Notes: a model not told the origin generated them from the sequence alone. 32,517 bases of DNA from Deltaproteobacteria bacterium (GCA_030605675.1 JAUWHV010000124.1:1-32517); one strand, 5' to 3'; shown: positions 16,272 through 25,781, counted from the stretch's first letter. Program-made: numbers and translations.

Positions 16272-18368
16272 ATGAGAATGCAAAATTGGAGATGGATGGT
16301 CTGGAGTTTGGTTGTCATATGTTTTTTAGGATCCATTCAAGGCCTGGCGTTTGCCCAGGATCCCATTACGCAGGAGATCCAGTCAGACGAAGGTGAAAAT
16401 GCCTTGCCTGATCCTAACGCAACTGTAGTAAAGTCTCCCTTTTCAGGAGCCAAAGCTGGTGAACGTCGTCAAATAGACGTCACCCTGGATAATATGGATA
16501 TATATCCTGTCCTGGATCAGGTCCTGGGGCGCATTTTGGAGCTTAACTATGTTGTAGATCCAGCTATTAAGGGGACAATTTCACTCAATATCAAGGGCGA
16601 CTATACCAAGAGTGAATTCCTTGATCTTTTCAATTCCATATTACAGATACACAACCTGGCTATAACCCGCGGCGCCCAAGGTCTTTATAAGGTGGTTCGG
16701 AAGGCCAGCAGTGCCAGGGCCGGATCTGAAGTGGTGAATATCGGAGAACAGGTCCCCCATCCGGGAGACGTAATCAGTGTCTTTCAACTTCAATATCTCT
16801 CGGCAGCCCATGTAATCGCAAATCTCAGGAATTTTATTTCTCCAGGGGCGGTCATCGTGGCCGTGCCAAGCTCCAATGCCGTTATCTTGGTGGATACTGC
16901 GGAAAATGTGGCCAAGTTGTCCAAAATATTGGCTTTAATGGATACGGATCTTTTCAAGGATATACATTGGCGCTTCTATACTTTGGAGCACACCGATGTG
17001 GATGATCTGTCAAAAGATCTGGATAAGATATTCAAAACAAAGGGGCTTTATATAAGGCCGGGTATTGATCCTGGCGGTCTCCAGATCATGCCTTTAAAGA
17101 CCATAAACTCCTTACTCGTAGTGACAAAGTGGGAGGAAGTCCTGGATGTGGTGGGCGACTGGGTTTACGCCTTGGATAAGGGGCAGTCGGAGAAAGGGGC
17201 TCGTGTATATGTCTATTTTGTTAAAAATGGGTTGGCCAAGGACATAGCGGATTTACTTAAGCAGGTCTATGGCGGAAAGAAATCATCCAAGCCTTCTTCA
17301 ACTAAAAAGACTGTATTAGTGAGGCGCGAGAAGATAGCCGAGCAAGCAGAAACAACAGTCAGTGGCGAGCTTTCAGGCGAAGTGGAAATTATCGCGGATG
17401 AGGTAAACAACGCAATCCTTATAAAGGCCAGGCCCAAGGACTATGCCATTATGGCCGGTGTCCTGAAACAGATAGATGTTGTCCCGAGGCAGGTACTCAT
17501 AGATGTTATGGTTGTAGAAGTCTCACTGGATGAAGGCATTGAGTACGGTGTGGAGTGGTTTTTCAAGAGTAACATAGGGAACTACCCTGGAAATGTTGCA
17601 CTTACGGATAAAGATCTCGGGAACTTGGCTAAAGATACAGTGCTCGGTAAAGGCATCGGAGGATTTGCCTATAGCCTTTATGGCGCAGGTGGCGATCTTC
17701 GATCCTTAATTAACTTGTTAGCTACGGAAACTGATTTGAACATACTGTCTGCTCCCAACATCCTCGCTGTGGACAACAAGGAATCCAGTATCGAAGTAGT
17801 GAACGACGAACCTACCGTGACCAGTACGAGTTCGAGTACGGAGGGGGGACGCGATACCACGACCATTCAGTACAGGGAGGTTGGCATAAAACTCCATGTA
17901 ACTCCCTGTATTAACGAGAGCGGGCTAGTTCGGATGGAGATAACCCAAGAGGTCAGCTCTCTCCTTGGAGAAAAAGAGGTAGGTGGTGTCAAAACTCCTT
18001 CCTTCCAGAGTCGGAAGGCAACGACCAACCTGGTGGTGCAGGACAAGCATACTATTGTGATAGGCGGCTTAATGCAGACACATCAAGAGAAAAGCCACCG
18101 CGGGATTCCCCTCCTCAAAGACATTCCGATTCTGGGGTATCTGTTTGGAAGCAAAGGCTACACAACAAGGAAAACGGAACTTCTGTTTGTTATTACACCT
18201 CACGTGATTCAGTCCCAGGAGGATGCAGACGCCCTGACTGTGGAGTTTGCCAAAAAGGTGGAATCCCTGAGGAAAGTATTAGAGCAAAAAGGCGTGCTTC
18301 AGGAAGAGGATATATTAAAACAGGAAGGTGCGATTCAGGAAGAGGATGTGGTGAAGACGGAAGACTGA
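16272..18368 (+). CDS. gspD: Type II secretion outer-membrane secretin GspD
   Basis: Signal peptide, N0-N3-like repeats, and a secretin core with IPLLKDIPILGYLFGS and ELLFVITPHV. Confidence 0.9.
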   Translation: MRMQNWRWMVWSLVVICFLGSIQGLAFAQDPITQEIQSDEGENALPDPNATVVKSPFSGAKAGERRQIDVTLDNMDIYPVLDQVLGRILELNYVVDPAIKGTISLNIKGDYTKSEFLDLFNSILQIHNLAITRGAQGLYKVVRKASSARAGSEVVNIGEQVPHPGDVISVFQLQYLSAAHVIANLRNFISPGAVIVAVPSSNAVILVDTAENVAKLSKILALMDTDLFKDIHWRFYTLEHTDVDDLSKDLDKIFKTKGLYIRPGIDPGGLQIMPLKTINSLLVVTKWEEVLDVVGDWVYALDKGQSEKGARVYVYFVKNGLAKDIADLLKQVYGGKKSSKPSSTKKTVLVRREKIAEQAETTVSGELSGEVEIIADEVNNAILIKARPKDYAIMAGVLKQIDVVPRQVLIDVMVVEVSLDEGIEYGVEWFFKSNIGNYPGNVALTDKDLGNLAKDTVLGKGIGGFAYSLYGAGGDLRSLINLLATETDLNILSAPNILAVDNKESSIEVVNDEPTVTSTSSSTEGGRDTTTIQYREVGIKLHVTPCINESGLVRMEITQEVSSLLGEKEVGGVKTPSFQSRKATTNLVVQDKHTIVIGGLMQTHQEKSHRGIPLLKDIPILGYLFGSKGYTTRKTELLFVITPHVIQSQEDADALTVEFAKKVESLRKVLEQKGVLQEEDILKQEGAIQEEDVVKTED

Positions 18369-19201
18369 TGCCGGCAGACTACACACATAATAGAGCTTTT
18401 TTTGGGAATAGGTCGTTTTCCGCCCTAAGTGCTTCAATATTCAGGCCTGGTGATTCTAAAAGGCGTTGGGACGTTTTATTATTGGCTGTTATGTGGCTTT
18501 CTATTTCAATATTATCGCAATGCCTTGAACCCGGGGCTGTTCATGCCAAAGAATCTCAGGTTGAGCTTGGTCCCTATGAAGTCATTATCAGCAAGGATCC
18601 TTTTGATCCTGAGCGGGGCAAGAATCAAGCTTTACCCTCAGCAGTGGAGGGTGATTTGAAAGACCGGTACCAGGTCTATGGTACTATTATTGCCGGAGAA
18701 ATGCGACAGGCCTTCCTCATGGTTGCAACTTCCGAGTCTGTCTCCGGTCCGCGCAAAAAGGTAGCTGGTGGATCTCAAAAAGCCTTGCGTACCGTAAGTG
18801 TCGGGGACCTTGTTGATGGCTGGCGTGTAGCGGATATAACAGCTCAAGGTGTTAAGTTTGAATCGGATGGGAAATATGTTGAAGTTGGTATATTTGATGA
18901 GGCCAAGAAAGAGAGAAAGGCCACAGCTCCAGTTGCCTTGCAGACTCCCCGTCCAAGGCCACAGGTAATCCGGGCTCCTCAATCAACACCAGCAAAAAGG
19001 CCTTCCTCCGGCAAGCCGGGTTCTAGTTCTCAAAAAAGGCCTGACAAAAGGACTCTAAGGCACTCAAAGAAGTCTCCCACGAAGAAATCTAAAGAAATAA
19101 CCGGGGAGACAGGGAGTGGTAAGCACCTTGAGGTTGTTGTCCCGCCTGCACCCTCGGATCATCCTTTCCTGGAGCTAATCAAAAAGGCAAAGGGAGAGTA
19201 A
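18368..19201 (+). CDS. GspC/PilP-like secretin-associated protein with a Lys/Pro/Ser-rich tail
   Basis: A TM helix (LLLAVMWLSISIL) is followed by a small beta-domain pattern (YQVYGTIIAGEMRQAFLMV...VGDLVDGWRVADITAQGVKFE). The start overlaps the gspD stop (TGATG). The family call is tentative. Confidence 0.4.
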   Translation: MPADYTHNRAFFGNRSFSALSASIFRPGDSKRRWDVLLLAVMWLSISILSQCLEPGAVHAKESQVELGPYEVIISKDPFDPERGKNQALPSAVEGDLKDRYQVYGTIIAGEMRQAFLMVATSESVSGPRKKVAGGSQKALRTVSVGDLVDGWRVADITAQGVKFESDGKYVEVGIFDEAKKERKATAPVALQTPRPRPQVIRAPQSTPAKRPSSGKPGSSSQKRPDKRTLRHSKKSPTKKSKEITGETGSGKHLEVVVPPAPSDHPFLELIKKAKGE

Positions 19202-19214
19202 TTATTGAGCACAA

Positions 19215-20153
19215 TCAGGTGATTTCCCTGAGGCATACTTTAAGATTTTCAGGATCCTCTCCCTGAAATACTGAAGCAGATCCTTCAGGAAGACACTTCC
19301 TTATCAGGTTGCAGAGCACTTTTTTTGGGCCAAGCTCAATAAAGTTTGATATTCCGTCCCTGTCCATGTTGATTACGACTTCATACCACCTGACAGGCGA
19401 GCATATCTGTTTTTTCAGGAGGGTCTTAATTTTCTCCGGGTCTGATTCCGGCCTTGCCGTAACATTACTGTAAATCGGGATTTCAGGCTCACAAAAAGAG
19501 ACTTTATCCAAAATTTCAGAAAAGCGCCTTGATGCCTCCTCCATAAGGGGGCTGTGATAGGCACCGGAAACCTTCAAGGGAATAGCCCTTGCTCCTTTAG
19601 CCTTAGCTCCCTTACACAAATCGCCGACCATGTCTGTTTCTCCGGTGACTACGATCTGCTCCGGCGAATTGTGATTAGCCAGGACCAGGATGCCTTTTTT
19701 TGCAAGGGGCGCAATCAATTCCTCCAACTCTTTTCTGCTGAGACCGATCACAGCAGCCATGGCCCCGGGGTTTTTATCTCCTACCTCCTTCATAAGCCTG
19801 CCCCTGGCATGGACCAGCTTGAACGTGTCTTCAAGGCTAATGACCCCGGCGGCCCACAGTGCCGGATATTCTCCCAGACTGTGTCCTGCTGTTGCTGCCG
19901 CCTTTAATCCCGTGTTTTTGGCGGCCATGCAGCAAATGATCTCTACAGCGGTCAGACAAGGCTGAAGATTTTCAACCCGGGTGAGTTCTTCCAGGGGTCC
20001 TTCAATGCAGAGCTTCTTCAGGGGAAGCCCTGTCAACTCTTCTGCCACGGAAAAAACATGTGCCGCATCAGAAACTGTTTCCAATAAGGCCTTGCCCATT
20101 CCAACATATTGAGAACCCTGCCCCGGAAAGACAAAGGCCAGATTACTTTTCAT
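19215..20153 (-). CDS. fabD: Malonyl-CoA-ACP transacylase
   Basis: FVFPGQGSQYVGMG, an active-site GHSLGEY, and full-length FabD resemblance. Confidence 0.9.
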   Translation of the reverse strand: MKSNLAFVFPGQGSQYVGMGKALLETVSDAAHVFSVAEELTGLPLKKLCIEGPLEELTRVENLQPCLTAVEIICCMAAKNTGLKAAATAGHSLGEYPALWAAGVISLEDTFKLVHARGRLMKEVGDKNPGAMAAVIGLSRKELEELIAPLAKKGILVLANHNSPEQIVVTGETDMVGDLCKGAKAKGARAIPLKVSGAYHSPLMEEASRRFSEILDKVSFCEPEIPIYSNVTARPESDPEKIKTLLKKQICSPVRWYEVVINMDRDGISNFIELGPKKVLCNLIRKCLPEGSASVFQGEDPENLKVCLREIT

Positions 20154-20172
20154 TATTAGAAATCCTCCACGT

Positions 20173-20403
20173 GGCTAAAGTTTGAAGTGCCTAAAGTGCC
20201 TAAAGTGAGCTAAGGTTTGAAGTGATCTAAAGTGACTAAAGTTTTGGTATACTATCTGATTAGCTCTCGGGCCAACTACCATTCAGAACTCATGAATCAA
20301 CGGCTAAGATTTTCGGTGAACCCGTGAATGGTTACTGATTTTATAATAGATGGAGCGTAGCGATTCCTTAACTTTAGGCACTTTAGCTCACTTTAGGCAC
20401 TTC
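20173..20403. repeat. Inverted arms of GCCTAAAGT-type tandem repeats enclosing a conserved box
   Basis: Left arm at 20173-20243 and right arm at 20368-20403. Positions 20184-20198 (gaagtgcctaaagtg) are the perfect complement of 20389-20403. The internal box at 20283-20335 is homologous to 25707-25781. Confidence 0.75.
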
Positions 20404-20407
20404 TCTT

Positions 20408-21508
20408 TCATCCACCTATGCTGGACATGCTACGGGTGCAAGATAGTCTTTCTTTGTCCGAAAACTTTAATCCTTTTGGCTTTTTTAATACGGCCTGAAG
20501 GAAAAAAAGGGCCAGCTCCTCTGTGTTCAGTCCCCGGCGCAATGCCTTTTTGACATCTACCTCCTCGTCAGAGAACAGGCATAATCGAAGACGTCCCTCT
20601 GCAGTGAGACGCAGGCGGTTACAACTTTCGCAGAAATGGTGGCTTAAAGCGCCGATAAATCCCACACTTCCCAGGGCCTTATCCAGCACATATTCATTTG
20701 CCGGTCCCGCACTGTGCGATTTGGGCAATGGGCGCAGCTTTCCAAATGCGTCCTCTACCTGATTTCTGATCCTATCACAACCGACAAATCTGGCCGGACT
20801 CCAAAAAATATCATGGCCGACAGGCATGAACTCTATAAAACGAACCTGCACGGGATATTTCAAACTCAGTCCTGCCAGGGCTGTTATCTCGCTGTCATTT
20901 ATGCCTTTCATGATCACTGAGTTGATTTTTATGGGGGAAAATCCTTTTTCCAGGGCCTTTTCTATGCCCCGCCACACCTGCTCAAATAGATCAAAGCCGG
21001 TAATATAGGCAAATCGTTCCGGGTTCAGGGAATCAAGGCTGATGTTAATATGCCTGATGCCTGCTTTGAAGAGGCCATCTGCATAATCTTCCAGCAGGAC
21101 TCCATTTGTGGTGATGCAGATTTCTTCAAGCCCGTCAATCTCAGTCAGTCTTTCTGCAAGGCTTATAAGGTCCCGCCGGACCAATGGTTCGCCACCTGTA
21201 AGGCGCACTTTTGTGACACCAATGGCCGCCAGGGTGCGGCAAATTTTAAGAATTTCTTCATAAGTGAGGATTGAATCATGAGGCAACCAGGAAAAGTTAA
21301 TCTGAGGCATGCAGTACTGACATCGAAGATTGCATCTGTCTGTTACTGAGAGCCTGAGATAGGTCAACCGCCTGCCGTATAGGTCAACCAGGGTATTTTT
21401 TTCTTTTTTCACCGGATCAGCCAGCTTACCATAAAAGACTTTTTTATTAGCCACAGACCCACACAGACGAAATAGAGTTTCATGTGCAGGTGCGGAGAAA
21501 TACCTCAC
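20408..21508 (-). CDS. moaA: GTP 3',8-cyclase MoaA (radical SAM)
   Basis: CNLRCQYC radical-SAM cluster motif and a C-terminal CxxCxRLRLTAEGxLxxCL motif. The GTG at 21508 gives an unusually long N-terminus, so an internal GTG (MKKEKNTLVDLYGRR) is an alternative start. Confidence 0.85.
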   Translation of the reverse strand: MRYFSAPAHETLFRLCGSVANKKVFYGKLADPVKKEKNTLVDLYGRRLTYLRLSVTDRCNLRCQYCMPQINFSWLPHDSILTYEEILKICRTLAAIGVTKVRLTGGEPLVRRDLISLAERLTEIDGLEEICITTNGVLLEDYADGLFKAGIRHINISLDSLNPERFAYITGFDLFEQVWRGIEKALEKGFSPIKINSVIMKGINDSEITALAGLSLKYPVQVRFIEFMPVGHDIFWSPARFVGCDRIRNQVEDAFGKLRPLPKSHSAGPANEYVLDKALGSVGFIGALSHHFCESCNRLRLTAEGRLRLCLFSDEEVDVKKALRRGLNTEELALFFLQAVLKKPKGLKFSDKERLSCTRSMSSIGG

Positions 21509-21629
21509 TGCAACCCACCGAACTGTGAGCGTTTACAGGGTGCTGCAGATGCGAGGCGGAGGGTACGCAGACGTACTCCCTGTACTTCAAGTGCCCGACA
21601 ACAAAGCAGATGCGGTACCATGTGAACGC
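21509..21629 (-). promoter_or_regulatory. Structured moaA leader; candidate molybdenum-cofactor riboswitch
   Basis: The minus-strand RNA has an enclosing stem (AGCGUUCACA ... UGUAAACGCU) and an internal hairpin (GGGAGUACG-UCUG-CGUACCCUCC). It also has duplicated GCAUCUGC and a CCUCCGCCUC tract. I could not score it against the Moco covariance model. Confidence 0.3.
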
Positions 21630-22892
21630 TTACTTTTTTCTTTTGATCTTGGCCCCTACTGCTGCAAGCTTCTGTTCCAGGTGTTCATATCCGCGATCCA
21701 GGTGGTAAACTCTGGATATTGTTGTAGTCCCCTTGGCTGCAAGGCCGGCCAGCACCAGAGAGGCGCTGGCCCTGAGATCAGTGGCCATTACAGGGGCGCT
21801 GTTTAATCCCTTTACACCTTTGATGATGGCGCTCCTGCCTTCAACCTTTATGTCAGCTCCAAGCCGTCTTAACTCGGCAACGTGCATAAAACGGTTTTCA
21901 AATATGGTTTCAGTGATCACACTGAGGCCGCCGGCCAGGGCCATCAGCACCATGATCTGGGCCTGTAGATCAGTCGGAAAACCGGGATATGGCAGAGTCG
22001 TAACATCCACACTATGCAGAGCGCCTTTTTTCCTGACAGAAATTCCGGTATTATCTCCTTCAATCTGAAGTCCGATGCTCCTGAGTTTGGATATTACCGC
22101 CTCCAGGTGATCTGCCAAAACGTTTTCAATTATCAGCTCTCCGCCAACTGCCCCCACAGCCATCATGTACGTGCCGGCCTCTATGCGATCCGGGATTATT
22201 TTCCAGTCAACGGGTCTTAGTTCCTTGACGCCTTCTATCTTGATGGTATTTGAACCAAGGCCCTTGATTTTTGCCCCCATTTGGTTGAGCATCTGCCCCA
22301 GGGCAATCACCTCCGGTTCCCTTGCAGCATTTCCCAGTACAGTTGTCCCCTTGGCAAGAACCGCTGCCATCATCAGGTTTTCCGTACCTGTCACAGATGG
22401 CGTGTCAAAATAGATATGCGCTCCATTCAGTCTGCCGGCCTTTGCCTCTATATAGCCCTCTTTGAGCCGGAGTTTGGCCCCCATGAGCTCAAGCCCCTTT
22501 AAGTGAAGATTTATGGGACGGGCACCGATGGCACAGCCTCCGGGAAGGGAGACACGGGCCTTTCCAATGCGGGACATAAGAGGTCCAAGCACCAGAATTG
22601 AAGCCCGCATCTTGCGTACCAGGTCGTAGGGGGCTTCGTGGTCAGAGAGTCCTGAGGAGTCTATGTTTAAGAAATCAGAGTCATTATCTGCGCTGCAATC
22701 TACCGTAACGCCCAGGTCAGTCAGGAGATCAGTAAAGGTCCTTATGTCAACCAGCCTGGGGATATTCTGCAGCCTGAAGGTGTCGCCGGTAAGGAGCGTT
22801 GCCGCAAGAATAGGCAGGGCCGCGTTTTTGGCCCCGCTAATCCTGATGGTTCCCTTGAGCGGGTGCCTGCCTTCAATGACCAGTTGATCCAT
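21630..22892 (-). CDS. murA: UDP-N-acetylglucosamine 1-carboxyvinyltransferase
   Basis: 420 aa. It starts [29 protein letters not shown], contains the active-site region [11 protein letters not shown], and resembles MurA along its whole length. Confidence 0.92.
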   Translation of the reverse strand: MDQLVIEGRHPLKGTIRISGAKNAALPILAATLLTGDTFRLQNIPRLVDIRTFTDLLTDLGVTVDCSADNDSDFLNIDSSGLSDHEAPYDLVRKMRASILVLGPLMSRIGKARVSLPGGCAIGARPINLHLKGLELMGAKLRLKEGYIEAKAGRLNGAHIYFDTPSVTGTENLMMAAVLAKGTTVLGNAAREPEVIALGQMLNQMGAKIKGLGSNTIKIEGVKELRPVDWKIIPDRIEAGTYMMAVGAVGGELIIENVLADHLEAVISKLRSIGLQIEGDNTGISVRKKGALHSVDVTTLPYPGFPTDLQAQIMVLMALAGGLSVITETIFENRFMHVAELRRLGADIKVEGRSAIIKGVKGLNSAPVMATDLRASASLVLAGLAAKGTTTISRVYHLDRGYEHLEQKLAAVGAKIKRKK

Positions 22893-22903
22893 GAGGAAAC
22901 CAA

Positions 22904-22982
22904 TTAAGGTAGAAGGTAGAAGGCTGAAGGCTGAAGTATGTTAGCCTTATCACCTTCTACCTTCCACCTTCAGCCTTCTACC
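22904..22982. repeat. GAAGGY tandem-repeat hairpin between secDF and murA
   Basis: The left arm (22904-22936) is ttaaggtagaaggtagaaggctgaaggctgaag. The right arm (22951-22982) is caccttctaccttccaccttcagccttctacc. Positions 22915-22930 pair perfectly (16 bp) with 22967-22982. The right arm touches the secDF stop codon. Confidence 0.85.
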
Positions 22983-25555
22983 TATCTAGGCACTTTGCCC
23001 TTGTGCCATAAGTACACTACAGGGCTGGCTACGAATACAGAGGAATAGGTCCCAACCAGCACTCCTAATAGCAGAGTAAAGGCAAAGTCATGTATTACCA
23101 CACCACCAAAGAAAAAGATGCACAAGACCACCATCATCGTGGTCATAGACGTAATAATTGTCCTGCTCAGCATCTCGTTGATGCTTCGATTTATGATCTC
23201 AGCAAAAGGCAATTTCTTGTAACGTTTGATATTTTCTCTGATTCTATCAAAGACTACTACTGTATCAGTGAGGGAGTAGCCGCCAAGTGTCAGAAGGGCG
23301 GTTATTGTCAGGAGTGTTATTTCCTTGTTCAGGATAAATAAAATGCCAAGTACTACCAGTACGTCATGGAAGGTGGCGGCAGTAGCTGCTATTCCAAAGC
23401 TCAAATTGAACCTGAAGGCCAGGTAACAGATTATGCCCGCAAATGATATGCATATTGCTATCAGTGCCTTACGCCTCAGCTCCTTGCTCACGGTTGAACC
23501 GATCTCGGCCTTGCTTTCTATTACAAAGCGGGTCTCGGGAAGGCTTTCTTTTAAGCCGTTGGTTATACGGGTCTCTATGTCTCCCACAGTAGCCACTGAT
23601 TTCTTGACGCGTACGATTAAGACGTGTTTCCCCGGCACTTCCTGAAGGGAGTAACCCTCGACACCTGTTTTTGTCAGGGCCTTTCTCACATTGTCCAGGG
23701 TAAAGGGCTTGTCCGCGCGGTACTGGACCATGGTCCCACCGGAAAAGTCTACGCCGAGGTTGGCTGCCCCCCTTACGACCTGTATGAAGCCTGCAAGACC
23801 TACGGTTACCATGATCACTGACAGTGCGAAGGCGAAATTCCTGCGTCCCATGAAGTCCAGGCTGGTTTTCTTGATTAACTGGAGGAACCTCAGGTTAGTC
23901 AGGGCATGCTTGGCCAGCAGCCCGTCATATACCATCCTGGTTCCAAAAATGGCAGTAAAGAGGTTGATGACAATACCGGCGGACAGGGTGACGGCAAAGC
24001 CCTTGATTGGGCCGGTTCCAAAGAGGAACAGGGCTACGGCGGTTATAAGAGTGGTAACATGGGCGTCTACAATGGTCCAGAAGGCCTTGTCATAACCCCC
24101 GTCAATAAATGCCTTAAGGGGCTTTCCAAGGGCCCTTTCCTCCCGCATGCGCTCAAAGATCAGCACGTTGGAGTCAACCCCCATACCAATGATGAGTATG
24201 ATGCCGGCTATGCCGGGAAGGGTCAGTGTGGCCTGGAAAAGCGCCAGAACAGCCATAAGAAAGAGCAGGTTCAGGACCATGGCTATGTTCGCTATGAAAC
24301 CTGAAAACGTGTAATATATGACCATGAAGACAACTACAAGGGCCGCTCCGAGCAGCCCCGAATACAGGCCGTGCTGTATGGAATCATGGCCGAGCGACGG
24401 ACCTACCGTGACGTTTTGAATAATGCTGATAGGTGCGGGCAGGGCCCCGGCTCTCAGCACAATGGCAAGGTCGGATGCCTCTTCAGTAGTAAATGAGCCG
24501 GTGATCTGGGCATGCCCTCCTCCTATACGTTCCCTTATTACCGGTGCAGAGCGGACTACTCCGTCCAGGACGATGGCAAGACGCTTGCCCACATTATCAC
24601 CGGTGATTTTCTCAAAGAGTCCTGCCCCCCGATCCGTAAACTCAAGGGCAACATAGGGCTCGTTGTAATTCCCGCCGATCCGGACATGGGCAGTCTTTAC
24701 AGTATCCCCTGTCATCAGCGTTTTGTCCTTGAGAAGAATCGGCGTCTTTCGGGGTTTGCCGGTGCGATCATCGACCTCCTTAAGGAAGTAGATGGAATCG
24801 TCTCTGGGTATCTGGCCCTTCAGTACAGAGTTAAGGGCCTTAATGTTATAGCCGGCTGGAAGGCGACCGCTATCTATGGCCTGGCGGATAAGCCTTCCAA
24901 GATCTACTCCTGCCTCGTCATCCACCAGCTTGAACGCCAGTTGCGCGGTCTGCCCTATGAGCTTGAGTGCCCGTTCAGGGTCCTGTATCCCCGGAAGCTG
25001 GACTACTATTTCTTCCTCGCCTTGACGGACGATTACAGGTTCTGTAACACCAAACTGGTCTATCCGGTTACGAATGATCTCCAGGGACTGATCAACCGTA
25101 TTTTCTCTTATGAATTTTTCTTCTTCCGGGGAGAGTCTTAATACCAGGCTGGGGAATTTCCCCTCTTCTTTTACCTTTACGAGTTCGAGGCTGGGGAATT
25201 CATCTTCCAGAACGGCCTTTACCCTTCCCACTGCGTCCTTGTTAGGAAGAAAGAACAGTATTTCGTCAGGGTTCGGACTCTGGCGGCGCACCAATGTTAT
25301 CTGTCTGCGCCCCAGGGACTCCTTAAGGTCCGTAGCGGCAAGATCTGCAGCGTTTCTAACTGCCTGGTCCACGTCTACCTTGAGGATGAGGTGCATTCCC
25401 CCCTGGAGGTCCAGACCAAGTTTCAGACCCTCGCTGTAGATATACTTTTTGAACCAGTCAGGCGTATCTTTATAGAAAGAGGGCAGTACAAAAATCACAG
25501 ACAAGGCAATAAGTGCTGCCATCAAGATAAATTTCCAGCGCAGACCTGTGGGCAT
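22982..25555 (-). CDS. secDF: Fused protein translocase subunit SecDF
   Basis: 857 aa. A SecD-like periplasmic domain and six TM segments are followed by a SecF-like half with six more TM segments. Confidence 0.9.
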   Translation of the reverse strand: MPTGLRWKFILMAALIALSVIFVLPSFYKDTPDWFKKYIYSEGLKLGLDLQGGMHLILKVDVDQAVRNAADLAATDLKESLGRRQITLVRRQSPNPDEILFFLPNKDAVGRVKAVLEDEFPSLELVKVKEEGKFPSLVLRLSPEEEKFIRENTVDQSLEIIRNRIDQFGVTEPVIVRQGEEEIVVQLPGIQDPERALKLIGQTAQLAFKLVDDEAGVDLGRLIRQAIDSGRLPAGYNIKALNSVLKGQIPRDDSIYFLKEVDDRTGKPRKTPILLKDKTLMTGDTVKTAHVRIGGNYNEPYVALEFTDRGAGLFEKITGDNVGKRLAIVLDGVVRSAPVIRERIGGGHAQITGSFTTEEASDLAIVLRAGALPAPISIIQNVTVGPSLGHDSIQHGLYSGLLGAALVVVFMVIYYTFSGFIANIAMVLNLLFLMAVLALFQATLTLPGIAGIILIIGMGVDSNVLIFERMREERALGKPLKAFIDGGYDKAFWTIVDAHVTTLITAVALFLFGTGPIKGFAVTLSAGIVINLFTAIFGTRMVYDGLLAKHALTNLRFLQLIKKTSLDFMGRRNFAFALSVIMVTVGLAGFIQVVRGAANLGVDFSGGTMVQYRADKPFTLDNVRKALTKTGVEGYSLQEVPGKHVLIVRVKKSVATVGDIETRITNGLKESLPETRFVIESKAEIGSTVSKELRRKALIAICISFAGIICYLAFRFNLSFGIAATAATFHDVLVVLGILFILNKEITLLTITALLTLGGYSLTDTVVVFDRIRENIKRYKKLPFAEIINRSINEMLSRTIITSMTTMMVVLCIFFFGGVVIHDFAFTLLLGVLVGTYSSVFVASPVVYLWHKGKVPR

Positions 25556-25706
25556 AGTCAGAAGTCTCCCATCTTAATTTATTTGTTGAAGCGACAACTC
25601 TCACAACTAACCGCAAGAGCGGCTGGCGAGAGCCAATTTATAATTCTATTTTAAGGACATGGAATTCTTAGCCAAATAAAGGGTTTTTTGCAAGAAGATT
25701 GTGGGC

Positions 25707-25781
25707 TCAGAATTCACGAATCAACGGTTCAGATTTTCAGTGAACCCTGAACCTCTGAACCTGTGAACTCTGAACGGTTAC
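25707..25781. repeat. Conserved box plus TGAACC-type tandem repeats overlapping the cbiA 3' end
   Basis: tcagaattcacgaatcaacggttcagattttcagtgaacc aligns with 20283-20322. Here it is followed by an expanded ctgaacctctgaacctgtgaactctgaac tract and then ggttac. Confidence 0.65.

Noticed and set aside
20350-20553. 67-aa plus-strand ORF starting in the moaA-fabD gap
   Set aside because: It begins inside the repeat arm and then runs antisense to the moaA 3' end. It has no coding features.
21525-21806. 93-aa plus-strand ORF across the murA-moaA gap
   Set aside because: It is antisense to the murA 3' end and to the structured moaA leader, with no ribosome-binding site.
23691-25141. Long plus-strand ORFs (134, 132 and 209 aa) inside secDF
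   Set aside because: They are antisense shadow ORFs of a well-supported 857-aa gene. They have no recognisable motifs or ribosome-binding sites. The same applies to the antisense ORFs inside the binding-protein, ade, gspE, murA and cbiA genes.
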